Positions 47,193 to 62,144 of a DNA stretch of 64,000 nt are shown in pieces (the stretch's first letter is position 1; the number at the start of each line of letters is the position of its first letter). Source of the stretch: Botryllus schlosseri (Eukaryota); NCBI GenBank assembly GCA_051294905.1, contig CM119385.1, positions 14,756,001 through 14,820,000 of the forward strand. The letters run 5' to 3'. Both the position numbers and the translations under genes were made by a program. The notes below the pieces were generated by a model that had not been told where the DNA came from, did not search any database, and saw nothing but the letters and a program-made list of their open reading frames with translations.

Positions 47193-48714
47193 TTCTTGCG
47201 ATGAGTAATTTGACTCACAGATTTCCTGCGTAAAAAATATTCATTCCGTTACTCGAGGGTTTGATGAGGCATGTTCGGGGAAAACAAAGTCGCAATATTG
47301 CTTTTATTGACAGCTTGCCTTTCGTAATGAGGCTTACGACGCTCTACTTGCCAGCATAGCGCAGAAACTAGTGCTGTTACTAGACAGTTACTTGCAATGA
47401 AATTTACCCGCAAAATGCCTAATTCTACTACGTTTGAATCACTTATATAGGCACGGTATACCTATTGTTCTTCCTGTGCTTTTTTCGTGTCAATTTCTGT
47501 TCAAGATTTGGATGCGTTATTTGTCAAAAGGAGAGAAACCTTGGTGGCGCATGCATACCCGATGCCTATGCAGACTTGGAATTGATCAGCCACCCGGAAA
47601 TAGATTACTCTCTCATTATCCCAAGCCGTAGTTAAGCCTACCAGAATTCGGGAATACAATATTTTCTTAGGCAGACGGACGCATTTTTCTCAATTTTAAC
47701 ACATCATAATCAGGTAAGATCAAGTCCGAACCGGACTGTGGCCGTACGAACACCTTAGAAGATCGTGCATGAACTCATCGGTTTTGTTTTGATAATTGTA
47801 TTACTCATTTTAAGAGGTCTAAATAATTAGATTGGTTTAAGGAAGACGTGAAGGCTCACCCAATAACATTGCACCAAAGACCAACCGCAATGATGCTGTA
47901 AATGTGACAGTTCAGCAGTTCTGCATTGACGAATTCCGTTGTCCGGTATTTTCATCATTCCGGACATGTCACATATTCATCTGCTTCTGCAGAAAACCTT
48001 GGCAGCTATGTCAGGATCGACAGCGTAAAACTATATTTTTGAAAATATTGTCACACAAAATATTGTCAGGCTACATATAAACGGGCGGAACGCCAATAGA
48101 TAATATATTAATTTCAACATTAAATACGCGAGTCATCTCTAATTTGCCGTGGAAATCAAGATAACATTAAAATTTCATGGATCAAAAATCGCTGTAAATG
48201 TAGCAAATCATATAGTACCGCACAACTGATACTTTATTGCTACAGATGAAGAGATGAGAATCGGCATTATTTAAGACACCAATAAAAGTTTATAATTAAT
48301 TACGAGCAACGACAACGATCACAACGGCCCTCGTCGACTTCCGAAAACAGCCGACCAAGTTGAAATTACGACCCTACTTATACGTCACAATTCGTTCAGC
48401 TCATGCGAGCTAACCCAGATCCATTGACACCGTCACATATGATCTGTGATTCTTTCCGAACTATATTCGTCACTGGTCATTTCTGGCTTGTACTGTGAAA
48501 ACTTGTGCGCCCAGCGACTAAAAAGCTGCCACCAGGTGCGTTGACACTCCCAACTCCCACCCAATCACAGATTAGAAAGTTTCGTCCGATTCTCCACACC
48601 GGTACATTTGCAAACGTATCCTTTCGTGTGAAATATTTACCTAATCTGTCCGTTTGCACTTGAAGTAGGTAGAAGTGGCTTGGTTTCAGGTCGCATTAGT
48701 TCAGAATGTGGAAC

Positions 48715-48850
48715 CTCTTTGTTGTTGTTGTTGCAGTGAGCTTTAAGGCATCCCATCTGCTTCGGTGGTTTCGCTTGCCCTATCTCGGTGTTGCGGTCTG
48801 CACGCGAGGTCCTTGGCGACAGCCTAAGCTAGGATGAAAGTTTGGCATGG
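48715..48850 (-). repeat. Probable SINE/LINE 3' tail ending in (CAA)n
   Basis: GC-richer segment ending ...GGGATGCCTTAAAGCTCACTGCAACAACAACAACAA on the minus strand. Confidence 0.35.
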
Positions 48851-51800
48851 ACGTTCGAAAATTTGAGCGGATTTTTTTAAACAATGTCATGACGTCACAT
48901 ATGGCACATATGACGCCACAATCGTGTCGAGGGGGAAATGGGTTCCTTCCTATAAGTCATTGATATCTATATCTATATCTATATATACATATATCAATCC
49001 CAGACACCTAAGACATTAATGTCCAGGTATTTTTTGCTTGGAGAGCGCTCGATAATCTGACATCAATATCATTTCTATACGAAAGAAGGTAAACTATTGA
49101 ATAGGCGGACTATTCCAACAGTACAAACAAACAGAGTAGCCTACCACTTCCGCACAGGAGGATTGTAGAACGATTTACACTGTACCCTATGCCTATTCCG
49201 TCGAGGATTAGGTGAAGTCTTCGGTTGAACAGAGATTATGACGTCTTTTTTCAAATTCCTTACACCGAACCGAATCGGATTCTAGTTCGAATTGACGTCA
49301 ATGGTGATTCCCAATCCACAAGTTCTAATCCCATCTCGAAAAACTAGAAAAAAAGTCACGTAAAACTTTCTCTCGGTTTATAGCAAAAACGGTATTCCAT
49401 ATTTTTTCTCGGTCAATGGAGGCAAGAGGGGGAATATCCAGTGAACAAAGAAGAACAAGGTCGAATGTGTAATTTAGGGTCGGTAAGAGCATGCAACGTG
49501 ATTTTTGAATGTAATAGGTGCTTTGAGTCAATGATGATTCAATTTGGTGTTGACAGTGTAAGCACCATCCAATACGCTTCAACCAGAATCATAACGCCGT
49601 AGCGAGCCTGCATTGTTTTGAAAACGTACTACTAGTTTTCGCGGTTGATTTGCTCTGGAAGCGCCAAAATATTTACTTTGCACTGCTGATGATGTAACCC
49701 GTCAAAACTGGACGTAATGTCAACGCGAGGTGCCCATCGCGAGTTACCGCACGCGGCGCTCCGTATGTATATTGAAAAGACATGTCAATTATGTCATTGT
49801 TCATGATTGAATTCGGAGGTATCTACCACAAAGTGCTATTTCCCATGCTCCATGAAATTAATCGGTTTAATAAAGTCGTCGCATCGCGGCACGGATGTTT
49901 AACATAGCGCTACAGTAATTTGCGGTGTGCCTATGATCTATTTATCCACTTACGAGCTTACGACCTACCGCTCTCTCAAGAGCGTATGATGAATCATGAC
50001 TCATTACGGAGTAAGTAACGCTCTGCTCGATTCCCGCCTAGCCCGAATTACCCGAAGCACAAGTGCGCAGTTGTGCCTTTTGTATATTCTCTATATCTCG
50101 GTGCTGAATAAATAAAAATGCCACCCTCTATTCATTATTCGTTACGCCAACGTTTTGAGTACAGGGTTCCCATGCGGAGGTAGACCGATTTATACGATGC
50201 ACAATTCATGGCAGTTGCAGTTGTGCACTCAGTGTTGTAAATCCAAGTCCAGTTTGGGATTTTAGCGTCAACGCCAAGTTGTAATCCATATCCTAAATGC
50301 ATTCCGTATCGTGCCCAGCCCGAACCGGGTATCATAATTACTTAACCAGTTGAATCTCGTATGTCTAGTTTAGAAAGTCCACATTCAAAGTCAAATACCC
50401 AGAAGTCGCAAATCGATTATGAATGCAATCCAAAACACACCTTTCTGAAGTGTTGAATCGATGCCAACGACCTCGCGGATTGATGCTTATGATCGAGTGA
50501 TTGCGTACTTGAAGGACTCAGGTTAACAGCGCGGTCGTATGCACCAGCGGATAATCACCGATTGTGCTAAATCATTTTACGCGTGACATGATTTGGTAAC
50601 GTAGCAAATTGCGATTCAAAAGTACGATGACCGTTGCTTACGGTTTCGATTTGTGTCCGCGAATGCGAGCTTTCTTACGTAACTAATTAAAATGACGGGG
50701 AGTCGTATTCGCGCCAATTTCTATCTAGTAGTCACTTTTACCCCTCTTAGGTACATAGAAAGACCTGTCATTATGTACGCATAGGCCGTTGGTTTTCTTA
50801 CTGGGAGTCTGATCAAGTCTATTTTTGTTGGTACTCACGAACTCCAAAATGGGATCGGTAATATGGTCGATTTATAAGTTCATATGCATGGCATCCATCT
50901 TTCAATCTCAGTACGCCAAGTATGATCATTTACTTACGAAATCTGAGGTATACGATGCCTACAATATAAATATGATGAAATAATACCCAATAGTTTCAGT
51001 ATTCCTTCACTGATAAATTACGATAAGCCATCAAACAATGCCTAAATCGATATTTGTCAAGAAATCGAACACTGTATTACAAGAAATGCATCCAACATTT
51101 ATGGTCATTAAACAATACTTCGCCTATGCTAAATTGGAGCTGGTGTGATTGTTAACGTCATGGATTGTAACGTATACGGGAATCGTGAAGTATTAATCAC
51201 AGCACGCATACCACATGGACATGACTTCATTTACAATTCTTTGTTAGATACGAATTAAACTGGGGCTGGTGGAACTCCATTTACGTCATACACGATGAAA
51301 TTAGTCCCCAGGGTCCTCTGCATCCATAATTTGAGTTCTTGTGATATCCCATAACACATGCTTATGATATTCGTTCTCGCATTGTAGTCTTGGTCTGTAG
51401 GGGTTGAGCTATTCGCCTTTGAACCAAAAGAAATATGGAGTCGATCGGCTCATGTAATAAGTCTCAGACTTTCAGTAAACAGTTATGTGCAAATGAGGGG
51501 GATAGCAATTCCAATAAAAGAGAACAATTGTACTGCGAACAACAGTAGTGCAATAGTGGTTGAACCACAGAAATCATTCTGATCCCATTATCAGCTCATG
51601 TGTGGCTAGATCCTACCCGTTCAATAATTTTACCGGTTTCCCGAAATAGTCTTATTTACTTTTTTATTGTGTGTTAATTGAAATGACATGATAAGTGTTG
51701 CGATTTTTTGACATTGCAAAATTTTGTCGCAATTGTAGCGTTAGGTCAAAAAATTGTAAAAATTGTATCCTAGCGTATATTTTTGTACTGTCGGTGAACT

Positions 51801-53807
51801 ATCATTTGACATTTGACATATTGTTCCCTACTTTATAGGCCTGCCGTTGTATACGGCCCATTGTCTGCTCAGTGCTCATTGTGAATTATAGACGTTCAAA
51901 CAACACTTATTACGACTTTGTAGGGTATATAGTTAAATCAGTGTGCTAACCTCTTTCATTGCATACTCTGTGACTACGTTTCCAGCCGCTTCGGGCGACA
52001 TAATTTCGTACCAAACTCACACAGTTCTACGGAGAAAATGTGTTTTGGTCCGAAAGAGCACGAGCCCCGTCCTCATCCGGGTTCGTCAAATTCAGATTTG
52101 CTCATTAGGCTTGCAACACTTCGGATATTGGACCATCTTGTCCGTCAATCTCCTCGATACACGCTGACCTGACATACGTCTGCTTCATAAATGAAAGTGG
52201 TTGGACGACTGTGGTTCAATTACTTAAAAGTTGGGAAGTTGATGAAGCCATACGAGAAAGTATAGTATAATATCATATTATATATCTAACATTCGTATTA
52301 GTGTAATATGTGACTGGCGGTAATGAAATTGAATATTTTTTCAAAACTACAATCATCGCAGTAAAATTTAGCTACTCCATGACTTGCCGTGTGCGCCTTA
52401 TCAAGAGCTAACGGCACTTTTCATCTTTCTGTATTGGAGTCAACTATCATAAAATTGACCAATCCTTATTTATGTGGGCAGAAAGAGTTTCTATACAATC
52501 TTGAAATTTCCCATTAACATATACCGCTAATTGTCTGTGTAACGCATTCCGTGAAATGGATAATTTTATTTCCTGTCGTCTCTTGTTTTGACTACCGGGA
52601 CAGTTGACTTTGCCCAGTTCCTTCTTATTATTGCATTGTTACGACACACTTTGCCAATTTGGGTTTCGTTTAAACCTCTTTCCATAATTATGCTTCTTGT
52701 GCCGTTAAGGGGCACACGGAAAGTCTTCGAGTTAATAAATCCTACTGAAATAATGCAGTTCTGAAAACAATATTAGTATTATTGTCGAGTATGAGAACTA
52801 AGCTTATTTATCCTAGTCACGGAGTCTAAATGGGAGTAGCTTATTGGCGATTATTGGTGATATACTGCGATAGGTTGAGTAATAAAAGCATTGATAAATG
52901 GATAACATTGTGTGGGTGTATTGAGCAAATGGAAATAAAGTACATTGACACAAAACTTTTTCCTCAGCCCAATTGCATTATAAAGTTGGGCTACATTGCA
53001 TTAGGTTCGTAAAACCAAAAAGAACAGTAACAGAGGAGAAAAGGGCGTTTTATCCCAAATGTGAGTCGGATTATTTCATGGTACAAGTGTGAGGAAAATT
53101 TGATCGACAAGACACGTGGAAAATGACCCATGAATATCCACTTTTGCGGGAATTAGCTATAGAAACTCTTGTTATTTTCGGAAGCGCTTACGTCACGTGT
53201 GCGAGTCTGCTTTTTTGCAAATAAAATACCTGAAAACCGAGTATCGAACTCGGTTGCTGAACGGAAACCTTGAGTCGCAACTAAAACTCATGGAGTCGCG
53301 TGAAGTTTCCAATTTTTCAAGTTTGTCTTCTCGTATGAAAAATCAAGGAAGTCACTGATTTCAATGTTACAAACTTTCATTAAATAAATTCGTTTCAAAA
53401 TGGGTTTGATATTTATTAGAGAGGCCTATGATAATATTACTAGCTATTAAGTAATGTAGAATTTACGGTAGGGATGCCATACCACATACGTCCTCCTTTA
53501 GTAAGATTTTTCCTCCTGTTTTAATAAAGCTAAAATGTCATCCGAGGGAAGCCAAATGGCCTCGTTTTTGGCAACTCGTCCTCCTATATGCCAGGGGATT
53601 GTACAAAAATGCCATAGATGGCGTGCAATGTTGAGGGCAATGGGGCATAGATGACTTGGTCAACCCAGATAAACCGGAAATGGGAACGGGTATTTCGGGA
53701 TTCGAACGGAAAAATGACCTTTATACTTTTTGAACTTCCTAAAAGGAGTTCGTGTACCACCTAAAAATAGTACATTGAACGCTCTCTCATTCACGAAATT
53801 TCATGCT

Positions 53808-53985
53808 GGTGACGTCATATTTTGTGATACGATTGTTGATATACAATGTTCTTTCCAATTCTCTACTAGTTGCTGACGATTACCCTTGACGAGTGTCAGC
53901 CGAAAATATTCGGGTTCATTTAAATATGAATATACTATTCAATTGTATATTGAAGTTCTGTACCTCCAAGAAGCGCTTCAAATAT
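53808..53985. mobile_element. Single-arm copy of the foldback element at 25390-25680
   Basis: CATATTTTGTGATACGATTGTTGATA...GAAAATATTCGGGTTCATTT...ATATACTATT is near-identical to 25557-25680 and continues as the reverse complement of 25390-25435. Confidence 0.85.
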
Positions 53986-56626
53986 CTGTAGTCATAGGCG
54001 AATTTGATACTTCTTTGGCATCTACACTGTCGAGACCGGACTGACGTATCTCCGCCATGGATACTGTGATAAAGCACGCTCGTACAAGGTTAATCGCGTA
54101 AATACCAGCATATAAGTTTATTCGATATCAGTTACGCGGGGTTTAATGACGATTGAGTTTCATACATGACTGTGACGAATGGCCACTCTTCGCTAATTAA
54201 AAAGATTATCTAGTGGTCGTGATAAACAATTACTTTCTTGATACGAATGCGACGAGTACGAATCATGTTTCGGTTGAACTGACAAAATTGCGGACTATTA
54301 CGTACGGCGCCTGACAATCAGATTCATCGTAATTATAGGACCTATCGACATCAAGTGTCATAAAGTTTATATAACGTGCTTTAAATACTGCCTTGAACCA
54401 CTTCTTCAAGTAGTATAATTACTTTGCATTGCCTTAAGTAGATAAGGTAATGTATGTCGAATTTTAATGGAAACCCAAATGCTTGATACATATTGATATA
54501 CGTTCGTAGTTTGCAAAAAATAGTTATTCATTTTATGATTAAAAGTCATGCGGGTTTTGACTTCAACATTGACAGTTAATCGATTTCATCACTCGGGAAT
54601 CTTTATTGCACACGTTTACGCTGCAGCATATATCATCATTGAACATGAACATGAACACTTATTATATAATATTTATAGACGATATAACGTGAGTTTCTAG
54701 GAGCTTCGAACGTAGAAAATTCGTAAGTCTCCCGCAAATCTATATAGATGTATAGATATAAAACATAAGCTGGCAAGCATTGTCGCAAATTCACAAACTC
54801 TCTCTTCCGATTTCAATATCTTATTTCAGATCCTCATCCAAACTATGGGCGCTATCTTCTTGCTCGTACACTAGAAGGATACTATATCGCATCGAAATAA
54901 CTGACTTTACAAGGATGGCAGAAAACATATATGATATTGCCTTTTAAAGTTTCATGGTGTACGCGGTTTCTTGGGAAACAATGCTCAGAAACGGTGGTGT
55001 TTTGTCCACTATAGCTACATATATATACGCGAATATGAAACAAGTGGATGTACTTTGACAATACCCAATCACTTGCACATTGAATGATGTAATGTAATTC
55101 TATATTCATATTTTTGAGTGGAGATTTTGACTATTTTTCACCATACAACAGCAGGCAGTCACAGGACCATACTCTTCTTGAACAAGTTTCGCTTACGCTA
55201 ACGTAACGTGAGGTGTGAGTCGAACTTGAGCGTTTTTAATATACAAGGCTGGTATTTTGTTTAGTAATAGGCCTACTCTAACATTTCGGGTCACGAAGAA
55301 AATCAATGCGAGTAGAAAACGATGCTGAGCGCAGAAAGGATGAACACTTTCTCAACAAATTAATATTGAAATTATTGTCACCTATATTGCAAGCAAACAA
55401 TGTCGCACATAAGTTTTAAGGGTGCAGCAAGTATAAACAAAGGATTGAATGACATGAATGGGTATCGGTGCTCAACTGTTCACGGCGAGTTTCGTCGTCA
55501 TTGATTATATCATCGAATTATTCCATACGTAAAACATCGTATCTATGATTACTTAGAATTTGTAATCACCATCTCGATTTTCACAGTTACAAATCGAAAC
55601 TATGCAGGGGTTGGTGATAATATAACCCCTTTGATATGAATGTGTTGTTTCTCGAAATTCCGGAAAGAAACTATGCGCTCGTGTCAACAACTTTTTAAAA
55701 CAAATACCTTACATAAATGTCACGTGATAGTGCTGTTTTGGGCCAGACCACAGAGGCTACAGGACTGGGCATATCATTGAAAACAACACGGCGGTGCGCG
55801 CTTGTAGGCCGGATACTATGCACTTGAAGTTAATGTAGTCGCGATAAAAATATGATATCATTGTTTTTGTTTTGTTCGTGAAATATTAAAGTAGGCCTAC
55901 TTTGCACAAAAAGAGATGATAATCCGTCATGTCGCGAGTAGGGCTATACATGAAGAGCATATCTATCTTTGTGTGCTATTTTTTAAGAGACAGTGAATTC
56001 CATACGTGGCAAATACACGTTACGACCGTAAGTCAAACTGGAAAAAATGCTCAAGTTATAAACATGTTTGCGTCTTCGCCTACCAAAAGGCATCATCAAT
56101 CCGCAGCGCGTAATTGCCTAGCGCTGACCAGCGAATGGAATGACGTAGCACAAAGAACTATCGATCATTGCAAGGAACCTAAACATAGGAAAGCACAGAG
56201 CTTCCTTTGTTGCGTGGCCGCACCGTGTGAAAACCGATTCGCCCGATGTGCGACTTGCGAACAGATAATAATGAGCCCGCTAGCCTAATGAAGAGCAACT
56301 CCTGATTCATTCCCCCGTAATGAATCACAGCGCGGTTTCACATTCGACTTGCGCGTTACTACAGGAAATCTACAGAAGGCTTCCGTCAATTTGATGAATC
56401 CACGGAGAGTGATTTTATTGAATGTGCCATGCGGTCAGCAAAGTCGGCTTCGAGACTTCATTCGAAGCATCATCCGCTCTGCGTTGTATGGTATCTATAT
56501 CAGTTTAATTAGGATTGATTTATTATTTTCCTATCATACACTTTTCCCTTTCTTTTTCATTCGGCACACTGTATTATATTATACTATATATTCATCAGAT
56601 TCGGTGAAGATCATACATCATTTTAT

Positions 56627-56961
56627 TAGGGTTACCGTACGTCCTCTTTTGGTTAAATGCGTGTTAAAATTCAACTGAGAAATAGGAAATCAGTACTCAC
56701 GTAACGGTCCGGCGGGTTTTTCGGGAGTTGAGCCAGAAAGTTGACCTTTTTTTTAATTTTTTTTAAATAAACCAACGGAAGTTTCAATGAAAGTGTGTAT
56801 TTCTGGAGTCGAATCGGAAAAACGACATTTTTTAGTCTTATTCAACCAACTACTTACTCGCAATAAATTTACCAATTTTTCCGGATTTTGATCCGATATT
56901 GTAAGTCTAGAAATTTTTGAAAAGTGTCCTCTTTTCAGATTCCCAAAATATGGTAGCCCTA
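56627..56961. mobile_element. MITE of the TAGGGTTACC family
   Basis: TIRs TAGGGTTACC / GGTAGCCCTA; ATTTTAT on both flanks; homologous to 13541-13953. Confidence 0.8.
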
Positions 56962-59900
56962 ATTTTATGGCTTTATGTTTGAGCGATCAAGTACTCCAGT
57001 TCCGGCTGACACAAATATCGTCAAAATCATATAACCGTTACTAAGCATTACCGATCAAGTCTTGTTTTGTGCCGCAAATTTGCACGTTTTTCCGTCGAGG
57101 GTTGACTCTCTCTCTCTCTCTCTGTCTCTATCTCTGCATAGATATAATATCCCGATAATCCAGATTGATCCATGGTACTGCATTAGTTTGCAAAACCGTC
57201 GAAACCACCCGTGATATGAAAACACAGAGGCGTTGAATTATTGGGGCAATGACGTCATAGTGAATATGTGTACGCCGGCTCACCTCGAGATTTCAAGTAA
57301 ATCCAAATAATGGAATTTTTGAATCAAGTAAAGAATTTCCGCGGTTCAGATTCTCCGTATCAGGAAGCGTTCCTAGTGGGGGTCATTCGAATAACTTAAC
57401 GGCTCGCAGCACATTTTCTTTCTCAGTGATAAGTTCGTAGGGAAGTAAATGTCTAAAGCGATTGCATTGTCTGCACGATGATAGATTCCGGGGATGCCCC
57501 GATCCTGCTTGATCTACTTGGATAGCCTCCGAGCGCAACACACACACACACACAGACTCACAAACAACGTCGTCGGGGCGTGCTAGACGAGGAAACAAGA
57601 ATGCCGCAGACCAACGTGAATTGCGGTTATCTAAAAGACATCGGGAGACGACTGACTTTCTCCTAAACGTAATCTGATATGTGTAGCCACCATCGATGAT
57701 GCCTGTTTGCATCCAGATGGGCGGGGATCCTACTAAAATCCACAACGGGAGTTAATCATGTCTTGCGGATATCGGTTAAGAGGATCATCACGGGTCAGCG
57801 GGCTCGGATTTGCAAAAGAAGTCTAAATCATGAGATGCCAATTAGCCATTGGGTTATTGATCGAATCGCCTTTGAAGACAAATACCGGAGTGGATATTTC
57901 GAAGTGCTACCGGTCTCGGAGGTGTTTACCCGTACTTTGACCTGGGATTCTGGCAAAACAAGGATATCGTCATCGCATGAAGGTTGGCAACGGTTCAATG
58001 AGTCACCGTCATCAAGAGGGTGATGAGCCTTGGGATTTGTAACAACACCCGTAGACTTTAATAAGAGATTTCTATGACTTTCGAATGGGGTCATTGCATG
58101 GTAGATTGCCTTAATGAAGGAAAGGCGTATTCTCCAATCTACAAGAGCTGCTACGTCGTTGCGAATGCCTGCAGACTGCAGAGTATCATATGTTTTGTGC
58201 ATGTGTGAAGGATGGGTATGATTTTAAAATAATCAGATCACTCCGTACCAGAACTCGGCTATTTTGTCCCAATTGGGATGGAAACCCAACTCCCCTTTAC
58301 GAAAATAAATGAATTGGGATTAGAGAAAAAATATTCATTTGTTAACTTGATGCATATTCCTCCTATCGCCCGATCGATGGGATTTAGATTTGCCCTATAA
58401 GTAATTCAGCAGTAAACACCAGTATTGAACCCTTTAACTGCAACAGTTTGCCACACATAATAACAGAAGCCCCACGTGCAACTACAGGATGACCGAAATT
58501 GGCTGCGACAAAAGATAAACGATCCCTGTCAAAATTTCACTACTCGGAATAACGGCGTATGTGATGAAAGATTCCGTGAACGTAGTACGCATTAAATCGA
58601 CCCGAGTTACAAATATACTATATGCTTCTGAATATGACGCTTATCTTACAGCTGCTGCTCCTACTCCTATAAAATTCACGCCGTCCGCACTGGCTTTGCG
58701 CTATGAATTATATATCAGCCGCGCAAATTAGTATTCCCTCATCAAAATTCATACGCCATTCTGTGTTGACATTCTGTAACATCATTTTGCAGCCGAATTA
58801 ATTTGACCGAAGACTTTGACGCGTTATCACGATGGAATGGGTTTATAAACCCCGACCTCCTGGCAATTTGACCGTAAAACGTTCCTTTCTGCTGCTTGTT
58901 GATACAATTCGCTCCTCTCCTGTAAAAATTACATTTCAAGTGCATTATGATGCGAAACACCAAGTTACCCCATTATGTTATGCACCTGAAATGCATTTAG
59001 CATACTTGCACGTGATTGGATGAAGAGGAGATGCACTGACATCAATAAATACGATTTTATTCCACGATTGGCGTACATAGCTTGTGCAGGGGATGTGCTC
59101 TGAGAATATTTAGCGCTGATGACTGATGTGCGTTTCAAACCAGGGATATCCCTGGTTTCAAACAAAACGAGACTTGTCGTCTCGATCAGACACGTAACAG
59201 ACAGTCTCTCGTATCTAGTCTGTTCTTCGTTAACTCTTCCTGGGGCTCTCACATATGAGGGGCTATTCCACACAATAATAACATTTGTCTTGAAATCTAA
59301 AATTGTGCGAGCATGAACCCGATTCGTTGCGAAGGTATTTTCTTTCGAGAATCCGGTTTCACCTTCAACTGGCCGTATCCTCCGGGCGTATATATATTTC
59401 GACTCAGTGGACTCAGCGTATCAACTCGGGTGACCATGCTGGAAAACGAGAATTGTTATTCAAAACAGGTAACACAATGAATAATACTTCGCAACAGTGA
59501 TTTTTTCTCAGCAACAATGTGAATGGGGTATTCAACTAGCCTACTCGTGTCTGTTAGTATGGTTCATGATTATACAGTATAAGACCTCGTTGCCGTTAAT
59601 AGAACAAAACCCCGTATTTCAGATAAAACTGCTGGATTTCATAATTTGATTTATCATTAGTGAAATACGGATTAGGATATGTAACGAAATATTTATCCCT
59701 TGCCAAAATATCTCCCGTGTGACTGCTCCCTATTTGTCTTGACAAAAAATTTTGTGGCAGAATGTGCAATTCGTATATACGTGTTTATTAACCGCCTATA
59801 TTGTGTTGGGTTATGAGTGGGAATATCAAAAATACTTGTAACCACTATCGGGTGTGGGCTTCGCTGTAAGTCTGGCGCCAAGCTCCTCCGTGAAGCGACT

Positions 59901-60651
59901 AATATAAATATCCGTTGCGCCTGTCAGGCGAGTCAGCCAGTAGGCTATAATCCTTCACCGGAATGCCCACTTGATGCACTTCTACGCAGACAACCCACCG
60001 GTGAACACACGGAAATGCTCCGAACATATCATAAGCAAAACATCCATCATGACACACGTTTTGGTGTGGATAACATTCGAGGTACCGGTAATGGGCTCCT
60101 CATCGCCGATCCTGCTGCTATGCAATGTCTTGAAACACCAGAGGAAGAGTGAGCCGAGTTCCGAAGCAGGCAGCGGAGACCCGCAATATTTCCTTAGTCT
60201 GTGCTTTGTCTTCTTCTCTATGTGCCGACGTTTTTATGAATGCCCCTTTCAACTATTTTGCAGGTCTACAGATATATATCACAGATGGGTATTTAAGTTA
60301 TCCAAGACAAAAGCGAATAGAGTGACTCAAAATTATAAGAATACTTGTATGCAAAACCATGTTGATGGCAAGAAAGTGATTATAAATAATAACAACTACG
60401 GCTGATTTATTTCGTGGTAAAATTTACTCAAACATATTTATGATATTATGTTATATATTTTTATGAAATCGCATCGCGGGGAATCAGCGAAACAAATGTA
60501 TAATGCTTGAATAATTTTTATGAAATAATGTGTCTTTAGAGATTTTTCTTTTCACGTAGAATTTTTCGTTTATTTCATGCTATTGGAAGGCAGAGCAAGC
60601 GCAACTTATGTACGATATTGCATTTTCAAATTGATTGCGATGTATAATGAG

Positions 60652-61845
60652 CAGAGGTGGTCAGTAACGAAGTACTTCTACTTTTACGAAGTACTCAAGT
60701 AGTTTTCCTCTACTTCTGGCACTTACTCAAGCAGATCTTTTTTCGCTACTTCTACTTCGTAATATTTTGTGAACTACTTACTTAGTTTTCGCTATTTTCA
60801 GTTTGTCAAGGAGAATTAGTATAATCCCCCAATAAGAAAGATAGCCTGAGGAATTTTGAGGCTGTTTTCACGTAGTATCAACATTTAATTTTCATAAAAG
60901 TCATGTAATCCCCCGAATATTCATTGCGCTACGCGCACAGTAGATATGACAAGAAGTGACAAATATTTTTGAACGAAAGTGTCGCTGAATATAAATTAGA
61001 TACCGGGTTGCGTGGTTCCGTTCACACGGCATTGTCGCCTATATCAAATATTTCATTACAGTAAGTATGGCCGTAAGTATTACCCATTATACCTAGCAGC
61101 CCATAGCGTGTCCTAATCTGAAAAAGTGGCCTTTGACTTTTCTAACGTTAGACCTGTTTTAGCAGACCACCGTTTAAACCTTCTATGCTTTTGTTTCAAT
61201 TACGAGTATTATAATTTGAGTTCTAATTATAGTTTCAGTTCTTTTGTCTGGAGAACATACATGTGGAAGTACAAAAGCGAGTGTAGTAATGTCTTATATT
61301 TTCCAAAAATAAAGCTATACACTATATGGCATTTTTACGATCTGTCATATTTTTTATTGACGTATACTAATCACGCAAAGTGTTAAAGCCGTATCCGACA
61401 CAATATCTCCGTATTGCTCTTCGACTGAACTAGTGGCCTTATAATATGGGGGAGGGCGCCATGCCATGATATTCTCTAAAACGGGGTGTTCGAGTAAACA
61501 AAGGATTAGTATCGCATTTCCATATTAATACTATCATCCCATGATGTGGACGACTGCTTATTCTGTCAATAATTGACACCTCTTGGGATGCATCAATATG
61601 AATCAAGCTCTCTACACCTTCCGCATAGCTCCATTTGCAGCTTTTGACAGATGCGAACGAATTACGATCGTTTTCACAACTACTTACTTACTTGAGTACA
61701 TTTAAAGTCAGTCAATTCTACCTCTACTTCAGGTAGTTTTAGGTTGCTTATGAAAGAAGTACTTCTACTCGCACTCGAGTAGATTTTTTCGTCGCTACTT
61801 CTACTTCTACTTGAGTAGCTTTCTTGGCTACTTTGAACACCTCTG
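60652..61845. mobile_element. hAT MITE with CTACTT/GAGTA subterminal repeats
   Basis: TIRs CAGAGGTG / CACCTCTG; perfect TSD ATAATGAG. Confidence 0.92.
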
Positions 61846-62144
61846 ATAATGAGAGAACATTAATTTTTATGGCGTTTTGTCCGAGAGACGCATGTGACCA
61901 CATGCATTGTTCTCAATCCTTGGTCCACAAACAAAAACGAAAAAAAACACATAGTTTCCTCGTACGCAAGGCCAAAACAGTACTTCGTTAGCCCCCCCCC
62001 CAAAAACATGTATGGTCTTGAGTCCCCATATAATCATGAGCAAAACTTTTGGGGGGCCTTGCCCCAGCCTCCCTTCAGGTCGGGCCTTTTTATCGCTTAC
62101 AGAGTAGCACGTTTTGCTGTTATAGGAAATAAGCCTGTATTTGT

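Noticed and set aside
55929-56288. Cys-rich ORF (HCKEPKHRKAQSFLCCVAAPCENRFARCATC) as another ILP
   Set aside because: Spacing is C-x12-CC-x4-C, not insulin-like; no signal peptide or matching exon structure.
57383-58202. Several 86-124 aa ORFs in a GC-richer stretch
   Set aside because: No consistent frame, splice pattern or family motif could be supported; possibly an old TE remnant.
60012-60029. ICSEHF motif suggesting a THAP domain
   Set aside because: The upstream C-x-C and proper spacing are missing and the frame stops soon after; likely chance.
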